11,535 nt of DNA from Candidatus Moanibacter sp. (GTDB taxonomy: Bacteria > Verrucomicrobiota > Verrucomicrobiia > Opitutales > UBA2987), in assembly GCA_965215885.1 (NCBI GenBank), contig CBDCEW010000058.1, forward strand, positions 1-11,535, in the 5' to 3' direction. A program made the position numbers and the translations under genes. The notes below the pieces were generated by a model. It did no database searches. It saw only the letters and a program-made list of their open reading frames with translations, and had not been told where the DNA came from. Shown here in pieces: positions 6,172 through 11,535 of the stretch. The stretch's first letter is position 1; each line of letters begins with the position of its first letter.

Positions 6172-6576
6172 ATGAGTGCCACAGATGGAGAATTCTTTCT
6201 CGCGACGGGCCGCCGCAAGACTTCGACGGCGCGCACTCGACTGAAACCAAACGGTAAGGGCGAAATTACCGTGAACGGTCGGGACATCTCACGATACTGT
6301 TTCCACGAGGCACTCCTGAAGGCCGCCGTGGATCCCCTCAATACGGTAGAGGCGCTTGAGCAATTTGATGCAACCGTAAAGGTTTCAGGGGGAGGGCCAA
6401 ACAGCCAGGCCGGTGCGATCGCCCACTCCCTGGCGCGCGCCCTGGAGAAATGCAATCCTGAATGGCGAATCCCACTCAAAAGGGCTGGACACCTAAAGCG
6501 CGACCCGCGCGAAAAAGAGCGTAAGAAGTCCGGCCAGCCGGGCGCTCGCAAGAGATTTCAGTTTTCTAAGAGATAG
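6172..6576 (+). CDS. rpsI: 30S ribosomal protein S9 (134 aa)
   Basis: ATGRRKTSTAR, VSGGG..SQAGAI, RDPREKERKK.GQPGARKRFQFSKR; follows rplM. Confidence 0.99.
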   Translation: MSATDGEFFLATGRRKTSTARTRLKPNGKGEITVNGRDISRYCFHEALLKAAVDPLNTVEALEQFDATVKVSGGGPNSQAGAIAHSLARALEKCNPEWRIPLKRAGHLKRDPREKERKKSGQPGARKRFQFSKR

Positions 6577-6605
6577 CATCCTGTCAGGGGTTCTTAAAGA
6601 ATGTT

Positions 6606-6649
6606 ACCCTCCCTGGTAATCGGATGCCTCGGAGGGTTTCGTTGTTTTT
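6606..6649 (+). terminator. Probable imperfect intrinsic terminator after rpsI
   Basis: Stem ACCCTCC (6606-6612) / GGAGGGT (6631-6637) with an inner GGTA/TGCC stem, followed by TTCGTTGTTTTT. Confidence 0.55.
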
Positions 6650-6715
6650 GGACCCTGACTTACGAGAAAAGAATTGGAATATTGGAATACGAACAATCAA
6701 TCTAATAGACATCCC

Positions 6716-7741
6716 ATGAAAGTCGGAATTATAGGAGCCTCAGGGTACATTGGCGAACAACTGGTGCGCCTCGTCGCACGGCACCCAACGGTTAATTTGT
6801 CAATTGTGACTTCACGCAAACATCAGGGCGACCCCGTAGAAGACGTCCTACCCGGATTGCGCGGCCAGTTAAGAGGAATGAAATTCTCTCCTCCGAATCC
6901 GCAGCACCTGGCGGAGTCGAAGGAAGTCGAACTCTTCTTCCTTGCGCTCCCTCACGGCACCGCTGCCGAGTACGCCCGGCCTCTAATTCAGGCGGGAAAG
7001 AGGGTCATTGATCTGAGCGAGGACTTTCGGTTGGATTCAGCGGAACGATACGAGGAATTTTACAGCAACCCGCACCCAAACGCAGAGCTCCTGTCGCAGT
7101 CAGTTTTCGTAATCCCCGAACTCACAGACAATGGGTGGAAAGACTATCGGCTCATCGCCTGTCCGGGGTGCTACCCAACCAGTATCCTCGTCCCGCTATT
7201 GCCGCTGGTAAGCGAAGCGCTCGTCGACCTTGGGAGCATTGTCGTGAGCAGCTTCAGCGGAGTCAGTGGAGCGGGCAAGAAGTCGACCGAATTCTACAGC
7301 TTCACTGAGCGCAACGAGAGTTCAGTGGCCTACGGTATTCCGAAACATCGACACCTCTTGGAGACGGAGGAGCAGTTGTCTGCAACGGCTGGCGAACCGG
7401 TCGTCATCCAGTTCTCACCACATCTGGCACCGATGATTCGCGGGATTGCGACAACGACAACGGTGCGAGCGGTTGAGAGTGGAATCGAGCAGCTCTATCG
7501 TGCATGGAGCGAATGTTTTGATGGCGCGCCATTTGTATCCCCGCTGCCCACAGGAACGTTTCCCGATACCGCCCACGTCATTGGCACGAATCGAGTTGAT
7601 ATCTCAGCGGCCTATGATTCGAGGACAGGCAACTATGTGATTACATCCGCGCTCGATAATCTGTTGAAGGGGGCAGCGGGCCAGGCCGTCCAAATCATGA
7701 ATCTTTGGTACGGATTTTCCGAAACAGAAGGCCTCGTCTGA
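6716..7741 (+). CDS. argC: N-acetyl-gamma-glutamyl-phosphate reductase (341 aa)
   Basis: MKVGIIGASGYIG (ATG 6716), FLALPHG, VIDLSEDFRL, catalytic ACPGCYPT, SGVSGAG, HRH, DNLLKGAAGQAVQIMN. Confidence 0.97.
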   Translation: MKVGIIGASGYIGEQLVRLVARHPTVNLSIVTSRKHQGDPVEDVLPGLRGQLRGMKFSPPNPQHLAESKEVELFFLALPHGTAAEYARPLIQAGKRVIDLSEDFRLDSAERYEEFYSNPHPNAELLSQSVFVIPELTDNGWKDYRLIACPGCYPTSILVPLLPLVSEALVDLGSIVVSSFSGVSGAGKKSTEFYSFTERNESSVAYGIPKHRHLLETEEQLSATAGEPVVIQFSPHLAPMIRGIATTTTVRAVESGIEQLYRAWSECFDGAPFVSPLPTGTFPDTAHVIGTNRVDISAAYDSRTGNYVITSALDNLLKGAAGQAVQIMNLWYGFSETEGLV

Positions 7742-7784
7742 AAGTGTGGTTTCAGGAGAATTCACTCATCATGGAAGAATAGCT

Positions 7785-9044
7785 ATGAAGGAGCTTTTTA
7801 GGGAAAACCGGTCACGTGGAATCACCGATGTGCCTGGATTCGAGGCTGCGGGAGTTTCCTGCGACATCCGCGGGCTGAATAATGAACGGCTCGACGTAGC
7901 ATTAGTCTACTCGCCGCTGCCCTGTAATGCGGCCGGAGTCTTCACGACAAATTGTGTCCCCGCGGCTTCAGTTAAGTTGTGCCGGCGAGTCCTCAATGCG
8001 AATGGATCCGTTCATGGCATAATCGCAAACAGCGGAAACGCCAATGCCTGGACCGGAAGGGGCGGTATGGTCGACGCGGAAGCGATGGCGACCATCGCTC
8101 AGGAGGGTTGCGCGACGGGCCCGGACTCTTTTCTTGTCTGTTCGACGGGTCACATTGGACTACCGCTGCCAATGAGCAAATTAAAGCGAGGCATACAGGC
8201 TGCTTCCGAAACAAAGGGCTACTCCGCAAAGCATGGTATCGACGCGGCCAGCGCCATCCTAACCACAGACACAGCGACTAAGGTGGTCACGGTGAAGATA
8301 CCGTGGAAACGAAAACTCCTCACCGTAAGCGGAATGGCGAAAGGCGCCGGTATGATTCATCCGCAAATGGCAACGATGCTCGCTTTCGTTGCGACTGATG
8401 CGCTGGTCAGCCGCACCCTCTTGCAAAAGACGCTTAAAGAAGCCGTGACGCATTCGTTCAATGCCATTACGGTTGATGGAGACCGGAGCACGAATGACAC
8501 CGTTCTCCTGCTCGCGAACGGTCATTCCGGTATCAAAGTCGCTGCATCGAGCGAACTCTTGCTGAAACGCTTTACAGCCGCCATCCAACATGTCTGCTCC
8601 GATCTGGCAGAGAAGATCGTATGTGACGGAGAGAAGATCACAAAAGTGGTGGAACTCCTGGTCGAAGGCGCTGCTACTCGAGGCGATGCAGAAAAGATCG
8701 CGCGCGCCGTGGGCAACTCCATCCTCGTTAAGACTTCGTGGTTTGGAAACGATCCCAATTACGGTCGCATCCTCGACGCTGTCGGCTATGCGGGAGCACA
8801 GGTAAAAGAAGAGAAGCTTGAGATGGCTTATCGATCCTATCCGGCAACGCCGAAGAAGAAACCGGTTCCGGTCGTTGTGGAGGGAGAGCCGATCTTCGGG
8901 AACGAATCCAAATGGGACAGGATCGTAAGTGCGGATCGATTCAGCATCCAATTCAACCTCAATCTCGGAAAGGGATCATTCCGTCTCCTCGCCACCGACC
9001 TGACGGAAGGTTACGTAAGCTACAACAAAAGCGAAAAAGTGTAG
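7785..9044 (+). CDS. argJ: Glutamate N-acetyltransferase / ornithine acetyltransferase
   Basis: AGVFTTN, NSGNANA.TG, STGHIG, AILTTDT, KGAGMIHPQMA-TML (autoproteolytic Thr), DGDRSTNDT, DGE..TK, DPNYGRI. Start at ATG 7785 is preferred over GTG 7746. Confidence 0.97.
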   Translation: MKELFRENRSRGITDVPGFEAAGVSCDIRGLNNERLDVALVYSPLPCNAAGVFTTNCVPAASVKLCRRVLNANGSVHGIIANSGNANAWTGRGGMVDAEAMATIAQEGCATGPDSFLVCSTGHIGLPLPMSKLKRGIQAASETKGYSAKHGIDAASAILTTDTATKVVTVKIPWKRKLLTVSGMAKGAGMIHPQMATMLAFVATDALVSRTLLQKTLKEAVTHSFNAITVDGDRSTNDTVLLLANGHSGIKVAASSELLLKRFTAAIQHVCSDLAEKIVCDGEKITKVVELLVEGAATRGDAEKIARAVGNSILVKTSWFGNDPNYGRILDAVGYAGAQVKEEKLEMAYRSYPATPKKKPVPVVVEGEPIFGNESKWDRIVSADRFSIQFNLNLGKGSFRLLATDLTEGYVSYNKSEKV

Positions 9045-9048
9045 TGAC

Positions 9049-9933
9049 ATGACCACAATTGACGAAATTACTAAGGCCGAAGTCCTCCTCGAAGCACTCC
9101 CTTACATCCAGCGGTTCAAGGGCTCCACCTTTGTTGTCAAATACGGCGGCAGCTTCATGGACGATCCGGACCCATCGATACGTGAATCCGTTGCGAGGGA
9201 TATTGTTCTTCTGGCCGCGGTGGGAATCAACGTCGTTATTGTTCACGGCGGCGGTAAGGCAATCAGCAGGGCCATGGAGGAAGCAGGGCTGGTGCCCGAG
9301 TTTATAAATGGCCTCAGGGTGACAGGTGAAGAATCGATCAAGATTGTCGAGCGCACACTGAATCGGATCGTGAATCCGGAAGTCTGTGCCCTTCTGGAAT
9401 CTCAGAATGGACGCCCCCTCGGCCTTCCCGGAAATGAGCTTCTCCTCTGCCGCAAATGGATGGAACAATCTGATGATGGAACGTCCATCGACCTGGGCTT
9501 TGTAGGAGTAATAGAGGCAGTCAAACTCGAAGTGATCGAGAACGCTCTCCTTGGTGGATTTACCCCTGTGATCTCATGTATCGCTACCGATGGCGAAGGT
9601 ACTGTTTACAATACCAATGCGGATACTGCGGCTTCCCATGTCGCGCGCTCTCTCAAGGCGCGGCGGCTTGTCTACTTGTGCGACGTCCCCGGATTAATGC
9701 GCGATCAAAACGACCGGGAAACCATAATTTCGACTTTGCAGATTAAAGAGGCGGAGGAGCTGAGGCGAAACGGAGTCATTGCCAAAGGCATGCTGCCAAA
9801 GGTAGATAGTGCAGTAGCTGCTATACAAGACGGCGTTCGCAGGGTGCACTTTGTCGATGGACGAATGCCTCACAGCATCCTCCTTGAGATTTTTACGGAC
9901 ATGGGAATCGGCACTGAGATAGTGACAGTTTAG
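9049..9933 (+). CDS. argB: Acetylglutamate kinase, arginine-sensitive type (294 aa)
   Basis: VVKYGGS, VHGGG, GLRVT, NTNAD, GMLPK. It has the N-terminal helix EVLLEALPYIQRF and the C-terminal EIFTDMGIGT typical of arginine-inhibited hexameric NAGK. Confidence 0.98.
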   Translation: MTTIDEITKAEVLLEALPYIQRFKGSTFVVKYGGSFMDDPDPSIRESVARDIVLLAAVGINVVIVHGGGKAISRAMEEAGLVPEFINGLRVTGEESIKIVERTLNRIVNPEVCALLESQNGRPLGLPGNELLLCRKWMEQSDDGTSIDLGFVGVIEAVKLEVIENALLGGFTPVISCIATDGEGTVYNTNADTAASHVARSLKARRLVYLCDVPGLMRDQNDRETIISTLQIKEAEELRRNGVIAKGMLPKVDSAVAAIQDGVRRVHFVDGRMPHSILLEIFTDMGIGTEIVTV

Positions 9934-9972
9934 TGAATGTTTCTTGGTATATTCACATCTTCATTACTAATT

Positions 9973-10065
9973 CAAACGTCCCCGGAGGGGTCGTTCCACC
10001 ACTGATATGCCTTACAGAGGTGGATCGGGCGCTCCGCGCACGATTATAATTGAGTCAAGTCAACG
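9973..10065. repeat. REP-like doublet, copy 2 (uninterrupted), between argB and argD
   Basis: Minus-strand unit GGTGG-AACG-A-CCCC-TCC-GGGG-A-CGTT (10000-9975), an 18-bp spacer, then plus-strand unit GGTGG-ATCG-G-GCGC-TCC-GCGC-A-CGAT (10019-10044). Confidence 0.9.
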
Positions 10066-10113
10066 TCCCTTAACCAAATTTAAACCGAAAAAATACACGC
10101 AAATCTAAATCAA

Positions 10114-11358
10114 ATGAGCGCAGCACAAACAGATTATACGAATCTCTATCGGGAGTATGTACTAGGAAACTATGGCGAAGCTCCGCTCACCCTGGTTAAG
10201 GGCTCCGGAGCTAAAGTCTGGGACGATGAAGGGAACGAGTATCTCGATTTCTGCTCGGGAATTGCGGTGACTTCCATTGGCCACTGCCACCCGCACTGGG
10301 TAAAGCGAATTGTGGTCCAACTCGAGACGCTGACTCATTGCAGCAATCTCTATCGAATCCCAAATCAGGCAAAACTGGCTGAGAAGCTGGTCGAACTGGC
10401 CGGACCCGGTAGGCTTTTCTTCTGCAACAGCGGCGCCGAAGCGAATGAAGTCCTCATAAAATTGGCGCGCCTTTACGGAAGGGAACAGTCTCAAAAGGAG
10501 GCGGAGAGATTTAAGATTATCGCCGCGGAAGAGGCATTTCACGGACGTACCTTCGGCGGCATGGCCGCCACTCCTCAAGAAAAGGTTCAGGGCGGATTTC
10601 GGCCCATGTTGGAGGGATTCAGTTTCGGGAAACTGAACGACCTCGATAGCTTCGCGGATCTAATCGATGATGATACCGCCGCAATCCTGCTCGAACCAAT
10701 TCAGGGCGAAGGCGGGATTTTTCCGTGCACCGACGAATTCCTTCGTGGGATTCGCAAAATCTGCAGCGACAATAACATTCTCCTGCTGCTTGACGAAGTG
10801 CAATGTGGCATTGGAAGGACCGGGAAATTCTTTGCTTTTGAACACTCCGGCATCCGACCCGATGCCATAGCAATGGCCAAGGGTCTCGGCGGAGGCTTTC
10901 CCATCGGAGCAGTTTGGTTTGATCAGAAATATGCCTCACTCTTCAAGCCCGGATCCCATGGATGCACGTTCGGGGGTTCTCCCCTCGCCTGCGCCGCCGC
11001 CCTCGCGGTCCTCGAAGTCATGGAGGAGGAGAAGCTTATGGAGCGCGTTCGGCAGCAGAGCGTCGGATGGCATGACTCGCTGCACGCGCTTACGGAGAGG
11101 CATTCTCAACATCTCAAAGAGGTCCGGGGCCGGGGTTACCACGTCGCCGTCGTCACGCATGAAGATCCGACAGAACTGATTGCGGAGCTTCGCAACCGTG
11201 GCATGTTGACTGTTCCGGCCGCCGGCAACGCGATACGATTACTGCCACCCTACAATGCCACGGATGAGGAATTGTCGCGTTGCGTTGAGATTCTCAATGA
11301 TGCGTTATCGGCGGATCAAACTGCGTCCGACGTTCCCACAGGATCCGATACGGACTGA
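10114..11358 (+). CDS. argD: Acetylornithine aminotransferase (class III PLP-dependent, 414 aa)
   Basis: YLDFCSGIAVTSIGHCHP, FFCNSGAEANE, AFHGRT, LEPIQGEGG, DEVQCGIGRTG, AKGLGGG (PLP Lys), HGCTFGGSP, IRLLPP; last gene of the visible arg cluster. Confidence 0.95.
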   Translation: MSAAQTDYTNLYREYVLGNYGEAPLTLVKGSGAKVWDDEGNEYLDFCSGIAVTSIGHCHPHWVKRIVVQLETLTHCSNLYRIPNQAKLAEKLVELAGPGRLFFCNSGAEANEVLIKLARLYGREQSQKEAERFKIIAAEEAFHGRTFGGMAATPQEKVQGGFRPMLEGFSFGKLNDLDSFADLIDDDTAAILLEPIQGEGGIFPCTDEFLRGIRKICSDNNILLLLDEVQCGIGRTGKFFAFEHSGIRPDAIAMAKGLGGGFPIGAVWFDQKYASLFKPGSHGCTFGGSPLACAAALAVLEVMEEEKLMERVRQQSVGWHDSLHALTERHSQHLKEVRGRGYHVAVVTHEDPTELIAELRNRGMLTVPAAGNAIRLLPPYNATDEELSRCVEILNDALSADQTASDVPTGSDTD

Positions 11359-11535
11359 GATCAATGTCTGAAATCGAAATAGCTCTTTTTGCCTGTAAGC
11401 CTGAGCTGAGTCACGAGCGTGGTATACAGAATATCGTGTTGATGACTGCCGCCCTGAAAGTTCCTGTATTTCTCAACCTATTCATGATCAATGGGTTGCA
11501 TAGTTCATTGTCAGATCGATCGGCGTTTCGGGGTA

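Noticed and set aside
6674..6715. N-terminal extension of ArgC or a leader peptide
   Set aside because: The extension is made of a TTGGAATA x2 repeat (6674-6689) and is not Arg-rich. ArgC homology starts at MKVGIIG (6716).
7446..11179. Numerous nested or antisense ORFs within argC, argJ, argB and argD
   Set aside because: They fully overlap well-supported housekeeping genes and have no independent evidence.

Overview
Bacterial window with two halves; gene order and repeat style suggest Verrucomicrobiota/PVC, which is an inference. The right half (5.7-11.4 kb) is an intact housekeeping block, rplM-rpsI-argC-argJ-argB-argD. The left half is accessory or decaying. It contains the left end and first 32 codons of a probable IS4-family element that truncates an MFS transporter, and a start-less C-terminal remnant of a HAD hydrolase. 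It also has a solitary AAA_14/DUF4143-type ATPase-nuclease gene with a palindromic operator, bracketed by direct copies of a REP-like hairpin. Next come about 950 bp of mixed short-period repeats and hairpins, and a transaldolase gene interrupted by a compressed, colinear copy of its own downstream sequence (real lesion or consensus artefact). The most unusual signal is a REP-like doublet present twice. The copy at 9973-10065 is empty. The copy at 5243-5426 has one hairpin carrying two oppositely oriented 39-52 bp mini-elements of a second family, inserted 7 bp apart with no clear target duplication. No rRNA, tRNA or CRISPR array was seen. All calls were made by eye; no database searches were run.
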